64,000 bases of DNA from a virus (taxonomy: Duplodnaviria; Heunggongvirae; Uroviricota; Caudoviricetes): IMG/VR virus record IMGVR_UViG_2537561979_000003. One strand, given 5' to 3'. Position 1 is the first letter of the stretch. The number at the start of each line of letters is the position of its first letter. Below the pieces are notes generated by a model that searched no databases, had not been told where the DNA came from, and worked only from the letters and a program-made list of their open reading frames with translations. Positions 1 to 10,206 of the stretch are shown here, piece by piece. The translations under genes were made by a program, and so were the position numbers.

Positions 1-116
1 AGGCGCATTTCGCCCAGGGGATCACCATAATAAAATGCTGAGGCCTGGCCTTTGCGTAGTGCACGCATCACCTCAATACCTTTGATGGTGGCGTAAGCCG
101 TCTTCATGGATTTAAA
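1..116 (-). mobile_element. IS26 partial copy (internal fragment), truncated exactly where the complete IS26 begins
   Basis: Positions 1-116 are identical to 194-309 inside the adjacent IS26; the match ends at ggatttaaa, followed directly by the IS26 terminal repeat GGCACTGTTGCAAA. Confidence 0.85.
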
Positions 117-936
117 GGCACTGTTGCAAAGTTAGCGATGAGGCAGCCTTTTGTCTTATTCAAAGGCCTTACATTTCAAAAACTCTGCTTACCAGGCGCA
201 TTTCGCCCAGGGGATCACCATAATAAAATGCTGAGGCCTGGCCTTTGCGTAGTGCACGCATCACCTCAATACCTTTGATGGTGGCGTAAGCCGTCTTCAT
301 GGATTTAAATCCCAGCGTGGCGTCGATTATCCGTTTCAGTTTGCCATGATCGCATTCAATCACGTTGTTCCGGTACTTAATCTGTCGGTGTTCAACGTCA
401 GACGGGCACCGGCCTTCGCGTTTGAGCAGAGCAAGCGCGCGACCATAGGCGGGCGCTTTATCCGTGTTGATGAATCGCGGGATCTGCCACTTCTTCACGT
501 TGTTGAGGATTTTACCCAGAAACCGGTATGCAGCTTTGCTGTTACGACGGGAGGAGAGATAAAAATCGACAGTGCGGCCCCGGCTGTCGACGGCCCGGTA
601 CAGATACGCCCAGCGGCCATTGACCTTCACGTAGGTTTCATCCATGTGCCACGGGCAAAGATCGGAAGGGTTACGCCAGTACCAGCGCAGCCGTTTTTCC
701 ATTTCAGGCGCATAACGCTGAACCCAGCGGTAAATCGTGGAGTGATCGACATTCACTCCGCGTTCAGCCAGCATCTCCTGCAGCTCACGGTAACTGATGC
801 CGTATTTGCAGTACCAGCGTACGGCCCACAGAATGATGTCACGCTGAAAATGCCGGCCTTTGAATGGGTTCATGTGCAGCTCCATCAGCAAAAGGGGATG
901 ATAAGTTTATCACCACCGACTATTTGCAACAGTGCC
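117..936 (-). mobile_element. IS26 (IS6 family), complete 820-bp element
   Basis: 14-bp terminal inverted repeats GGCACTGTTGCAAA at 117-130 and TTTGCAACAGTGCC at 923-936; 820 bp; encodes recognisable Tnp26. Confidence 0.92.
169..873 (-). CDS. tnpA: IS26 transposase Tnp26 (DDE transposase, IS6 family), 234 aa
   Basis: Protein MNPFKGRHFQRDIILWAVRWYCKYGISYRELQEMLAERGVNVDHSTIYRWVQRYAPEMEKRL... matches Tnp26 from memory; the ORF track extends it 6 codons upstream. Confidence 0.92.
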   Translation of the reverse strand: MNPFKGRHFQRDIILWAVRWYCKYGISYRELQEMLAERGVNVDHSTIYRWVQRYAPEMEKRLRWYWRNPSDLCPWHMDETYVKVNGRWAYLYRAVDSRGRTVDFYLSSRRNSKAAYRFLGKILNNVKKWQIPRFINTDKAPAYGRALALLKREGRCPSDVEHRQIKYRNNVIECDHGKLKRIIDATLGFKSMKTAYATIKGIEVMRALRKGQASAFYYGDPLGEMRLVSRVFEM

Positions 937-1456
937 GCGTAACGCGCTGGAGTGCGCAGGATGTGAACTAATTTTTGAAGATAAAATCAGCGGAACGAAA
1001 TCAGCCAGACCGGGATTGAAAAAACTGATCAGAACGCTATCAGAAGGAGATACGCTGGTTGTCTGGAAGCTGGACAGACTGGGCAGAAGTATGAAACACC
1101 TGATCACGCTTATTGAGGAATTGCGGGAAAAAGGTGTTAATTTCCGTAGTCTGACAGACAGTATTGACACATCAACACCCATGGGGCGTTTCTTTTTTCA
1201 TGTCATGGGTGCTTTAGCAGAAATGGAACGTGAATTAATTGTTGAGAGAACACTGGCCGGACTGGCAGCTGCACGCGAACAGGGACGCATTGGCGGACGT
1301 CGCCCGAAGTTGACAAAAGAACAACATGAGCAAATAGCGAGGTTGATCGAAAATGGCTACAGCAGGAAACAGTTGGCAATTATTTACGATATCGGTGTAT
1401 CGACGATTTATCGTTATCATCCTGTAGAGAAGCGCCAAACTCAATCTGAGCTGTAA
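937..1456 (+). pseudogene. cin: cin DNA invertase (Hin/Gin/Cin serine recombinase) lacking its first ~19 codons, cut by IS26
   Basis: Translation NALECAGCELIFEDKISGTKSARPGLKK...DTLVVWKLDRLGRSM...SIDTSTPMGRFFFHVMGALAEMERELIVERT is a serine invertase body; the N-terminal catalytic-serine region is missing and the reading frame begins at the IS26 end. Confidence 0.8.
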
Positions 1457-1891
1457 TTCTAATGCCGCGTCGGTGTAATTTATCTTGATAGAATAGGTAC
1501 ATTTATCGCGCGGCACATCAATTCGATGTATCTAGCGCCTGCTGACCGCTAATGAAAACTGTTCTCGAAATGTTGTCCCTAGCCCGAGACTAGGGTATCA
1601 CCTCTGGAAAGCATACGCAGAACCTTTTTTAACCCAGGGTGCCCAGCCTTTTTGCTGCTCGCCTTATTCGCAAAAATTAGCTCACATCCTGCGCTTTCAA
1701 GTGCTTTTCACTGCATAGCTGTGTTTTGTTCATTTGTCTATATGCGTACATAGCCTATTAGCATATTTTCTGCCCACTATCGTTATTTATTGCAAGCTAC
1801 AGGTTTTAATTAACAAAACCAGTGTGTGTGGAAATCACAAAGTGCATACCGTTCTCAGATGTTGTTCAACTTACTGTTGTATAGGTAAAAA

Positions 1892-2155
1892 ATGACATTT
1901 TATGTACATATCGTGATGTTATCCCTTCTTGGTGGGGTGTATTCGTATTTGAGTGGGCTATGTGAAAACCGTTACGAGTCTTCATGCAAGAAATTGCTGG
2001 CCGAATGTATTTCCGCCGTACTTGCTGGCTTTATTGGCATGTATCTCGCGGAATATAAGGATATGAATGAAAGCCTTCAGAGCTGCATGGTTCTTATTTT
2101 CAGCGCCAATAGCAGGCTTATTATTGAAGGTTCCAAAAGTCGGTTGAATAGGTAA
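1892..2155 (+). CDS. small membrane protein, holin-like, uncharacterized
   Basis: 87-aa ORF with hydrophobic segments; AGGT 6 nt upstream of ATG; lies between cin and the dar-type operon. Confidence 0.35.
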   Translation: MTFYVHIVMLSLLGGVYSYLSGLCENRYESSCKKLLAECISAVLAGFIGMYLAEYKDMNESLQSCMVLIFSANSRLIIEGSKSRLNR

Positions 2156-2229
2156 GTCTCTTATGCAACATAACCGGTTGAGAAGTTACTTTGCATACCA
2201 TTACCTCCTGACAACGTAGGAGGGAACTT

Positions 2230-2559
2230 GTGCTTGACACACAGGAATTAGCTCCAGTTGCTATTGCGCTCCTGCTTTCAGTAATTGGTGGGATAGGCAC
2301 GTTCCTGATGGATGTCCGAGACGGTCGCCAGTCTGGCAATTTGTTGGGATTGGTTACGGAGATCTTTGTTGCAGTGACAGCTGGCGCGGTGGCGTACCTA
2401 TTGGGGCAACACGAGGGCTGGGAGTTATCAATTACGTACTTAATGGTAACGATAGCCAGCAATAACGGTCATGAGGTGATTTCAGGGATGAAACGAGTGA
2501 ATATCGATAGCATTCTGAATGTTCTTACAAGTTTGGTGAAAAAGGGAGGCGGGAAATGA
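2230..2559 (+). CDS. lydA: putative holin (LydA-like), GTG start
   Basis: 109-aa protein with 2-3 predicted transmembrane segments; strong SD GGAGGG 5 nt upstream of GTG; position upstream of the darA-like gene as in P1. Confidence 0.45.
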   Translation: MLDTQELAPVAIALLLSVIGGIGTFLMDVRDGRQSGNLLGLVTEIFVAVTAGAVAYLLGQHEGWELSITYLMVTIASNNGHEVISGMKRVNIDSILNVLTSLVKKGGGK

Positions 2560-2999
2560 TTGGCTGGGGTGTATGCGTTCTTGCGTTAGCCTTAGCCGAT
2601 CGCTATTTGCTAAAACGCAAGGACATCACGCATTTAGAACTTGGTGATGTGGAAATTAAACCGGGTTTCATCCGGGTGCCGTTCAAATACCGGTCTAAAT
2701 TCCCGTTTTTGCGCGGCGCAACGGTCAGATATTGGATCCGCGATGTTCAGAAGCCAACGACAGTGATTGAAGGCGAACAACGTTGTCTGACGTCGGCTGA
2801 ACAGGGCGAAAACAGTGAATGGTTGTACATACCCACTGAATATATGGGTAAAGGAGAACGGCTGTGGCATTTCAACGTCATGGTTACGCATGGCGACTCG
2901 TTCATTAACCCGTTGTATCGGATTTTCCCTGTTACTCAGAAAATCCGCAGAAGTTACGTAATAAATCTCGCACAGGATGTGTCAGATGACGAAAAATAA
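2556..2999 (+). CDS. lydB: putative lysis regulator / antiholin (LydB-like)
   Basis: 147-aa ORF whose start overlaps the upstream stop (ATGA); synteny only. Confidence 0.4.
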   Translation: MIGWGVCVLALALADRYLLKRKDITHLELGDVEIKPGFIRVPFKYRSKFPFLRGATVRYWIRDVQKPTTVIEGEQRCLTSAEQGENSEWLYIPTEYMGKGERLWHFNVMVTHGDSFINPLYRIFPVTQKIRRSYVINLAQDVSDDEK

Positions 3000-3588
3000 G
3001 TATGCAACGGTCGATTTTGACCAGGTTAATGAAAAGGGGCTGAAATCCCTTATCGCGGCGATCAATAAAACCGGGGTTACGGTAATTGAGGTTGACTCCA
3101 GCAACCGCGCAACAACGAAAGATGGCGTTAAAGTTAAAACCGCAAAGCTGGTTCTTAACGACGGACAAATTCTTGCCATACAGGTAAACGATACTGGCGA
3201 TATATCGTCTGTGAAACTGAATGGAAAAGCTATTCCTAACGCTCAGTCGCCGGATATCAAGACGCTTGGTACCGTCATGGGACAGGCGGCCCGCAAAAAC
3301 TCCGCAAAATTCCAGAAATCACTGATCGCCAAAGCGAAGCGTGTTGCCAATCCGGTAGACAAGAAACCGGCAGTTAAATCCAACTTTCAGCGCCTGCAAG
3401 AAGCAAAACAGCGGAATGCTCAGGTGGTTGCCGCTTATAAGTCCGCGCAGAATTCGGTGTCTTTCAATCAACAGCAGATCACTGATTTGCGGGCGAAGCT
3501 GGATAAGGAGACGGGCCGACTCAATAACGAAAAGGCACGGAATGGCGAACTCAAACGTCGTCTTAAGCAACTGAAAGCAGGAAATTAA
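2986..3588 (+). CDS. hdf: Hdf-like protein (shares a KNSAKFQ motif with the DarA-like protein)
   Basis: ARKNSAKFQKSLIAKAK here versus AEKNSAKFQRAQKKKK in the downstream 639-aa protein; start moved to the ATG at 2986, which has an AGGA SD. Confidence 0.5.
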   Translation: MTKNKYATVDFDQVNEKGLKSLIAAINKTGVTVIEVDSSNRATTKDGVKVKTAKLVLNDGQILAIQVNDTGDISSVKLNGKAIPNAQSPDIKTLGTVMGQAARKNSAKFQKSLIAKAKRVANPVDKKPAVKSNFQRLQEAKQRNAQVVAAYKSAQNSVSFNQQQITDLRAKLDKETGRLNNEKARNGELKRRLKQLKAGN

Positions 3589-3589
3589 C

Positions 3590-5509
3590 ATGGAACAGTT
3601 CAATATCAATAAAGGGGTGACGATCAAGCCTGGGCTTGACGTGCTTCCCCCGCCAGTGACTGATGATGAATATCGCGCATTAATGGCCGGTGAGGACCGC
3701 TATCTGATGACGGAATCCAACACCCTGGAGGAAATCGAGGCTACGTTCTTCTATGACACGCCGATCCACTGGTGTGCTACGGATTTACTGGAGGCGATTA
3801 GTTCTACTCGTTTGCAGTTACACCGGACCATGCAGGCATTTGTCCGGGCATTGAACCAGAAGCTGAATGGTACCGGAATCTCTGCGGGGAGTGATAAAAC
3901 GGGGGATGTGGCCCAGAGCGGCGCGCGCGCGATCGGCGGTGCTGAAATTGGCCGGGCACGGAACGTTAACGGGCTGCCGGTCCTGCCAGCCATTATTCCG
4001 CTCAGTGATGGTCAGACTATCAGCATTCTGTTTCATAGCCCGACAGCGGAAAACCGGATCACCAATAGCGATACGCTGGTTGCTTTCCAGTTCTTACTGA
4101 ATAAAAAAGACGTTACTCACACCGTTGCTCCGATGAGTGGACGTGATATGACGCTGGCGCAGGTCACCATGAAACTTGCCAACCTTGCAGAGAAAAACTC
4201 GGCAAAATTCCAGCGTGCGCAGAAGAAGAAAAAAGCCCTGGTTGATGAAATAACCCAACTACAGGCTGACAGTGACCAGAAAGAGGATGCCATGAGCGAC
4301 CTCGCGGATCAGGTGGCAGCGGTAGAAGGGCAGAAGGTAGATCTGGAGCAGAAAATTAACGCTGTTGCATCGGAAGCGGATTCTCTTTATGAAGAGAATG
4401 AGCGTTTGCAGACGGAGATTGATCAGCTCAATCGCACAGGTGGGCGCGATACCATTGATCCAGCGGGGATGACTGGTGGGCACTCGCGCGCGCTGACGGA
4501 TCGCCTTGCCAGTATCAAAAATCGTATGCATATGAACGGGGAAGTGACGCTCAGTAATGGAGCATCAATGAAGCAATTCATTGAGGACGGCGAAGGGTAT
4601 ATCCAGTTAACCGATTCGGATGGCAGCGTGTACATGATCAAGGCTAAATCCATACAGGGTGTGGACATGGCAGATGCGATCGGCAAGCTGTTTAAAGCCT
4701 ATAAAGCGGGTAATGTATCGGAATATCTGGTCCAACCAGAAGAACATAAACCGGAAAACGTCGAACCTGAACCAGCGGAGGATACCGGTAGCTCTTCGCC
4801 TGAACCAGAAGTCTCTGTAGGTGCATATCGATATGCCTTGCAAATGCGTCCGGCGGCCCCTGGCGCAATACCTGAAGGCAACAAAGCAATTCTGCCGCGC
4901 CCTGATGAAGGTGACCCGTATTATGAATATGCACGCTACGGCATTGTTACTTACGATACCCCGCTTTCTGATCAGCAAATGAGTGAGTACGACCTGAAGT
5001 TATTGCCTCGCGAGGATTCTTTCGACTTCCTGGCGAAGACACTTACTAATGGTCCGTTTGGCAAATATGCACAAAAAGCTCTGGAGCTGGCCACCAGCTC
5101 ACCAGACGAGTTCCGCGTAATGCTGAAAACTCAGTTTCAAAAAACTTTCCCCAATATTGCGTTTCCTGGGGGCGCTGGCATCGAGAAAATGGTGCAGAGC
5201 ATGATCAATGCATTGCAGGCCGAAGTCGGTGAGATTACTCAACCAGAACCGGTCCCGGCACAGCCTGATGAAACGGTTAGCGAAGCAGATGCAGAGGCTA
5301 ATAAAGCCATTGAATATCTCAATAGCGTGATGGATATGCAAAGCACTGACATGGCGGAGATCCGTAACGCCCGGGGCAATGTCCGGGAAGCGATTGTTGC
5401 CCTTCAGGCTGCCGGACGTTTTGAGGAAAACGAAGAGCTGGTTAACGGTGCTGCTCGCCACCTGGCTGATCTGCTGGTAGCAATCCAGAAAGCGGGGGTA
5501 GCGGCATGA
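3590..5509 (+). CDS. darA: DarA-like capsid internal / antirestriction protein, 639 aa
   Basis: Size and position match P1 DarA (about 70 kDa); AGGA SD 7 nt upstream; coiled-coil-rich. Confidence 0.65.
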   Translation: MEQFNINKGVTIKPGLDVLPPPVTDDEYRALMAGEDRYLMTESNTLEEIEATFFYDTPIHWCATDLLEAISSTRLQLHRTMQAFVRALNQKLNGTGISAGSDKTGDVAQSGARAIGGAEIGRARNVNGLPVLPAIIPLSDGQTISILFHSPTAENRITNSDTLVAFQFLLNKKDVTHTVAPMSGRDMTLAQVTMKLANLAEKNSAKFQRAQKKKKALVDEITQLQADSDQKEDAMSDLADQVAAVEGQKVDLEQKINAVASEADSLYEENERLQTEIDQLNRTGGRDTIDPAGMTGGHSRALTDRLASIKNRMHMNGEVTLSNGASMKQFIEDGEGYIQLTDSDGSVYMIKAKSIQGVDMADAIGKLFKAYKAGNVSEYLVQPEEHKPENVEPEPAEDTGSSSPEPEVSVGAYRYALQMRPAAPGAIPEGNKAILPRPDEGDPYYEYARYGIVTYDTPLSDQQMSEYDLKLLPREDSFDFLAKTLTNGPFGKYAQKALELATSSPDEFRVMLKTQFQKTFPNIAFPGGAGIEKMVQSMINALQAEVGEITQPEPVPAQPDETVSEADAEANKAIEYLNSVMDMQSTDMAEIRNARGNVREAIVALQAAGRFEENEELVNGAARHLADLLVAIQKAGVAA

Positions 5510-5871
5510 CACTATCAGCTATTGAGTTAATGGACCTCAGCGATAAGTTGGATGCTCTGATGTCCAAAGCGGCTACCGCGAGTGGCATGGAGTTGCTGGA
5601 TATCAGCGATGAAATTGACCAGATCATGCAACAGATGGGGTACGGCGCGTCCGGCGGCAGTAGTGGCGAGGAAAAACAACCTTCGGTACATGATGGTGTG
5701 CCAAAACTGGTTGCTGATTTCCTGGCTGATAAATTCGTCGATCAGAGCACTGATGCATTTATCGGTACGTTACAGGACTTGAGTCAATATGTTGGCACAT
5801 ACATCGACCTGGACCAGGTTAAACAGCACACGGCGGCATGGATAGCCGCCAACATTAAAGAGGCAGCGTGA
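5506..5871 (+). CDS. ddrA: DdrA-like small protein
   Basis: 121-aa ORF overlapping the darA stop; synteny. Confidence 0.5.
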   Translation: MTLSAIELMDLSDKLDALMSKAATASGMELLDISDEIDQIMQQMGYGASGGSSGEEKQPSVHDGVPKLVADFLADKFVDQSTDAFIGTLQDLSQYVGTYIDLDQVKQHTAAWIAANIKEAA

Positions 5872-7218
5872 CATCCTCCACGCCCCGAAGGGCGTGGATT
5901 CCTGCTACGTTCAGGCTGTCGCCTGAATCATTTCGGTGGGTTCCTGCTTCAACGGGCGGCCTGACTGCACCATCCCTCCACAGGCAAGTACGGCGTGCCC
6001 CGCCGCTAAAATGTTACGAGCGCCGTTTACATCGGCGTTCGCTGTATATCCACATACCTGGCATCTGAATTTACTTTGTGACAGGCGATTTTCTTTCGCT
6101 GTATGACCACAGCACGCGCAACGCTGGCTTGTGTACGCTGGCGGAACAGCAAGCACCTGACCGCCACGCCAGAGCTGCTTGTACTCAAGCTGGCGGCGCA
6201 TTTCATACCAGCCCTGATCCAGTATCGAACGGTTTAAACCTGATTTTGCCCGGACATTGCGACCCGGATGACTTATCGTTCCCGCCGCTGACTTTGACAT
6301 GTATTTAACCTTCAAATCCTCAATGACAATCATTGCGTGGTTTTTGCTGACGGTCGTTGTGACTTTGTGAAGGTAGTCCCTGCGGATATTTGCGATACGG
6401 GAATGCAGTCGCTGTATTTTGCGTTTCTGCTTCTGCCAGTTGTTGCTGAATTTGACCTTGCGGCTTAACTGTCGCTGAAGTCTCGCCAGCTTCTTCTGGT
6501 TTTTCTGAAAACTATTTACAGGTTCAAAGACTGTGCCATCTGACAGCGTGGCGAGTTTAGCCACGCCAGCATCCAGTCCGACCATTGATGCTGAAGGGTG
6601 AACAGGAGTGGATACCTCTCTTTCTGTCTGAATACTGATGTACCACTTACCGCAGGACTGGCTGACAGTAACATTTTTCACAATACCCGTGACCTGACGG
6701 CTATTCCGGTAGCGCATCCAGCCAAGTTTCGGCAGAAAAATACGGCTGTTTTCCTGATCGAGCTTAACACCCTGCGGGTAGCGGAATGCATCATTCTGTC
6801 CCCGCTTTTTGAATCGGGGAAAAGCTGCCCGATTCTGGAAGAAGTTTTTGTAAGCCCGCTCAAGGTCTTTCAGTGACTGTTGCAATGGCTGTGAGGGAGA
6901 ATCTTTAAGCCATTCGGTTTCAGTGTCTTTTTTCCACTCAACCAACCAGGAAGCCATTTTCGTGTAAGGGATGTATTTTTTACCGGCCTCATGATTCTCA
7001 TTCTGAAGCGCCAGAGCACGGTTGAAAACGAAACGACAAGCTCCGGCAAAGCGCCTCATTTGACGCTCCTGTTGACCATCTGGTTTTAACCGGAATTTGA
7101 ATGACACCTGTTGTTTCATGTCACTATTTTAAGCAAAAATAGCCGGGAGGAAAACTGTGCCTTATATCCCCACTATGAGGAGCGTAGGGGGCGGCACATT
7201 GGATAAGGCGTAACAGGG
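5872..7218 (-). mobile_element. IS200/IS605-family tnpB-only insertion element (boundaries approximate)
   Basis: Fills the exact gap between the ddrA-like stop (5871) and ddrB-like start (7219); GC-rich hairpin ccacgccc-cgaa-gggcgtgg at 5878-5897 just 3' of tnpB. Confidence 0.5.
5911..7119 (-). CDS. tnpB: TnpB (OrfB), RuvC-like nuclease with C-terminal zinc ribbon
   Basis: 402 aa; conserved blocks ...[17 protein letters not shown]... (RuvC-I Asp) and ...[37 protein letters not shown]... (zinc ribbon plus RuvC-III). Confidence 0.85.
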   Translation of the reverse strand: MKQQVSFKFRLKPDGQQERQMRRFAGACRFVFNRALALQNENHEAGKKYIPYTKMASWLVEWKKDTETEWLKDSPSQPLQQSLKDLERAYKNFFQNRAAFPRFKKRGQNDAFRYPQGVKLDQENSRIFLPKLGWMRYRNSRQVTGIVKNVTVSQSCGKWYISIQTEREVSTPVHPSASMVGLDAGVAKLATLSDGTVFEPVNSFQKNQKKLARLQRQLSRKVKFSNNWQKQKRKIQRLHSRIANIRRDYLHKVTTTVSKNHAMIVIEDLKVKYMSKSAAGTISHPGRNVRAKSGLNRSILDQGWYEMRRQLEYKQLWRGGQVLAVPPAYTSQRCACCGHTAKENRLSQSKFRCQVCGYTANADVNGARNILAAGHAVLACGGMVQSGRPLKQEPTEMIQATA

Positions 7219-10206
7219 ATGAGCTTAAGCGATCAGGTGGTAATGGCCACCAGCATAGAAACGCTGATCGAGCTGCTAAAGAACCTGCCCGATTATGGGC
7301 GGGTTTCGTATGTGGTGACAGCGAAGGGAGACGAGGTAAAAACAGCGTTTGATATCGTCGATGCCTCAGCTATTTTGGTATCCAATACTCTGGATGGGAA
7401 AATTAATCCTGACTATCCCCAGGAACTTCAGCCGCGCGACCGGACCCGCGCATCCAGCCTTCTTCAGGTTAACCAGATATCCAAAGATTTGCGGCCTGCT
7501 CAGCTTACCGATTCCGGATTATCCAGCCATGGCGCACCGATAATTGGTGAGGACAATGCAGTTGAGTCAGGTAATGGACGTACCATGGGGATCATTAAAG
7601 CCTATCAGGACGGTAATGCGGATCGGTATCGGGAGTACCTGATTGAACATGCGACCGAATTCGGCATACGTACTGAAAAGGTTGAATCAATGACGGCTCC
7701 GGTACTGGTGCGCCGCCGGTTAACGAAGGTTGACCGCGTTCAGTTTGCCAAGGACTCAAATATTTCTGATCTTCAGGAAATGGCAGCCAGTGAAAAGGCT
7801 TTTGTTGATGCCGACAGCATAACACCGGCGATGATGGCGCTGTTTAATCCGTCAGAAAGCGGAGATCTGCTTAGCCGCAGTAATGACGCGTTTATTCGCG
7901 GATTTATGACGCAAGTTGGTGCCACACAGGCGGCTGGCCTTGTAACTGAAGATGGGCGACCAACACGGCAACTTGTAGACCGTATACAAAACGCGATCTT
8001 TGCCAAGGCATATAAGGATGCGCGCCTGGTAAGGATGGTTGCAGAAGAACCTGATCCGGATATGCGTAATGTTCTGACGGCGCTTAATGCGGCAGCCAAT
8101 GATTTTGTCCAGATGCAGGCTTTATCAGGAGAAGCGCACAAGCAGGCTGTGACAACTATTGTTGATGGCATTGAGACAGCGGATAGCCTCGATAAAAAGG
8201 CGCTGGCGGCATTGAAAGATGCGGTAGACCTGGTAAGGCAATCGAAGGAGTCAGGCCAGCATATTACCGATGTTATTGCTCAGGGGGATATGTTCAGCGA
8301 AATGGCCCCGGAAGTGAAAGCACTCGCGTTGTTCATCGTCGCGAATAACCGTAGCGCGAAGCGTATGGCCACCGCCTTTAAGTTGATGGCTCAACGTATC
8401 AATGATGAGTTACAGCACCAGGGCCAGGCGCTGGGGGATATGTTTGGCGGCGGCGATGTGTCGTTACAGGATATCCTTCGCCAGGTATCTCAGGAACTGG
8501 AAAACGAAGGTATGCAAGGGATATCCGGCGGTCTTTTCGAGTCAGCTTCCGGCGGTAGTTACAACGGTGTTGCTCCATATACCAGTTTGCTATTACATCG
8601 AGCATCCGGCATCAAAGACATTATTCATCTGATCAGGCTGCTTTCCCGTAAAGATCCCCAGGATGAACAGCTTGTACAAGTGCTTGCGCATTTTGTTCGA
8701 ATGCCTGTTGCCGACGTGAAAAAATGGTGCCGATTATTCGGTATCAGCAATTCGTTACTTCGCGGCTTGTTAAATCACGCATCCTGCCTTGGGCGCGATG
8801 GCTTTGACGAGATAGCGCAGGCGATAAAAAACGGAGATATGCCACCAGCTATTGACTGGTTTTCCATTCGCCCAACCAGGGTGAAAGCATTCCTTAGCGC
8901 GGCGCATTCGGCATCACCATTGGCAGAAATGGTTCAGAGGTTGTCGCTCATATTCACAGACCATACTGCGTTGGGTGATCTGACTCTGGACGAGATGAAA
9001 GAAGCCTCCATTCAGTGGGCCGATCAACAAAATGAGGTTAACTCAGACTTCTTGCCAGCATTCAGGAAGGCCGTTAGTAAAGCGGATGATGCCCGTGGAA
9101 TTCTGAAGGCATTTAAGGCATTGCAAAGTCGGGTTAATAAACATGTCGGTGATATCGATGGGGTAACGGCGGAAGGCAGGGATATCCTTAAAGAGCACGG
9201 CATAACGCCAGAGTTTATTGATGAGATCAGGACGGATATGCAGCGTGAGGTCGTATCGTCCCTGCAAATTGTAGCCAGAGCGTTGGCGGATGCTAATCCG
9301 AAGAGTGCGGCCATTGTTAACCGGGTTATTGGTGATATTGAAGCATCGGAGGGCATGGGGGCGCTGAAACTCTTCCTTTCGCGAGCGTTTAATCCTAACG
9401 GCAATATTCTCCCTGGCATTATTGGTGAGGCTAAAAGGTATGTCAGTGAAGAAGAACTTGAGCAGCTTGACCAACTACTTAAGCGATTCTCATATAACCC
9501 GCAGACACGCTGGCAAATGAATCAGCGAAGTATGGGTTCGGTCCACGAGAAAGTGTTATCTGCCATGAACAGTGCGATCGCAAACTCATCCGTATCTGAA
9601 GAAAAAGCTCTTGAGTGGGCCGACTCTTTTATCACGGAAGAAGTGGAAGAAGCCCGCGCTGGACAGAATGGTGGGATAGACCTGCGCAAGGAAATGGCTG
9701 ATATTTATCGCCTGACCGGCGGTAAAATTTCGACCTTATCAAAGGTGGTTCACCACCAGGGAAGGGCATATGCAAATCTTAATGGTGTTGTTGCTGTCAA
9801 TTTGAACGATGAAAATGCAAGTGCACTGTGGCACGAGCTGGGTCATCATCTTGAGTACAGTAACCCTGGTTTGTTAGAGAAAGCCCGGTCATTCCTGAAG
9901 GCCAATGTTGAAGGGGATAAGCCATCTTTCGTTAATATCGGTGGGCGTGGCAAGCCTGAATGGTGCTTCAGATCTCGATTGAGTAATATTTATATGGCGA
10001 AGGTATACCCGCCAGCCTCAGTAAGTAACACCGGGAAAATTCGGCAGAAATCACCGACTATTTCCAAAACGTCAGCAACGGAAGTATTCTCTATGGCTCT
10101 TCAGTTGTATCATGACAAAGAGGCCGCTGCCGCATCACTGATGAATGGTGACGGATTGCTGGAACTGTTATTAGGTGTGGCAAAGGAGCTAAATAATGCA
10201 GATTAA
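7219..10206 (+). CDS. ddrB: DdrB-like large protein, 995 aa
   Basis: Large ORF immediately after the ddrA-like gene (interrupted only by the tnpB element); synteny and size. Confidence 0.5.
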   Translation: MSLSDQVVMATSIETLIELLKNLPDYGRVSYVVTAKGDEVKTAFDIVDASAILVSNTLDGKINPDYPQELQPRDRTRASSLLQVNQISKDLRPAQLTDSGLSSHGAPIIGEDNAVESGNGRTMGIIKAYQDGNADRYREYLIEHATEFGIRTEKVESMTAPVLVRRRLTKVDRVQFAKDSNISDLQEMAASEKAFVDADSITPAMMALFNPSESGDLLSRSNDAFIRGFMTQVGATQAAGLVTEDGRPTRQLVDRIQNAIFAKAYKDARLVRMVAEEPDPDMRNVLTALNAAANDFVQMQALSGEAHKQAVTTIVDGIETADSLDKKALAALKDAVDLVRQSKESGQHITDVIAQGDMFSEMAPEVKALALFIVANNRSAKRMATAFKLMAQRINDELQHQGQALGDMFGGGDVSLQDILRQVSQELENEGMQGISGGLFESASGGSYNGVAPYTSLLLHRASGIKDIIHLIRLLSRKDPQDEQLVQVLAHFVRMPVADVKKWCRLFGISNSLLRGLLNHASCLGRDGFDEIAQAIKNGDMPPAIDWFSIRPTRVKAFLSAAHSASPLAEMVQRLSLIFTDHTALGDLTLDEMKEASIQWADQQNEVNSDFLPAFRKAVSKADDARGILKAFKALQSRVNKHVGDIDGVTAEGRDILKEHGITPEFIDEIRTDMQREVVSSLQIVARALADANPKSAAIVNRVIGDIEASEGMGALKLFLSRAFNPNGNILPGIIGEAKRYVSEEELEQLDQLLKRFSYNPQTRWQMNQRSMGSVHEKVLSAMNSAIANSSVSEEKALEWADSFITEEVEEARAGQNGGIDLRKEMADIYRLTGGKISTLSKVVHHQGRAYANLNGVVAVNLNDENASALWHELGHHLEYSNPGLLEKARSFLKANVEGDKPSFVNIGGRGKPEWCFRSRLSNIYMAKVYPPASVSNTGKIRQKSPTISKTSATEVFSMALQLYHDKEAAAASLMNGDGLLELLLGVAKELNNAD

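Noticed and set aside
346-942. 198-aa ORF antisense to the IS26 transposase
   Set aside because: It lies entirely within IS26 opposite tnpA; a known non-coding antisense frame.
937-1900. cix recombination sites and an invertible C-segment next to cin
   Set aside because: No 26-bp hix/gix/cix-like site found on either side; the segment that should carry them is replaced by IS26.
4259-5512. Several 60-137-aa minus-strand ORFs inside the darA-like gene
   Set aside because: Antisense frames within a long, well-supported CDS; no RBS and no motifs.
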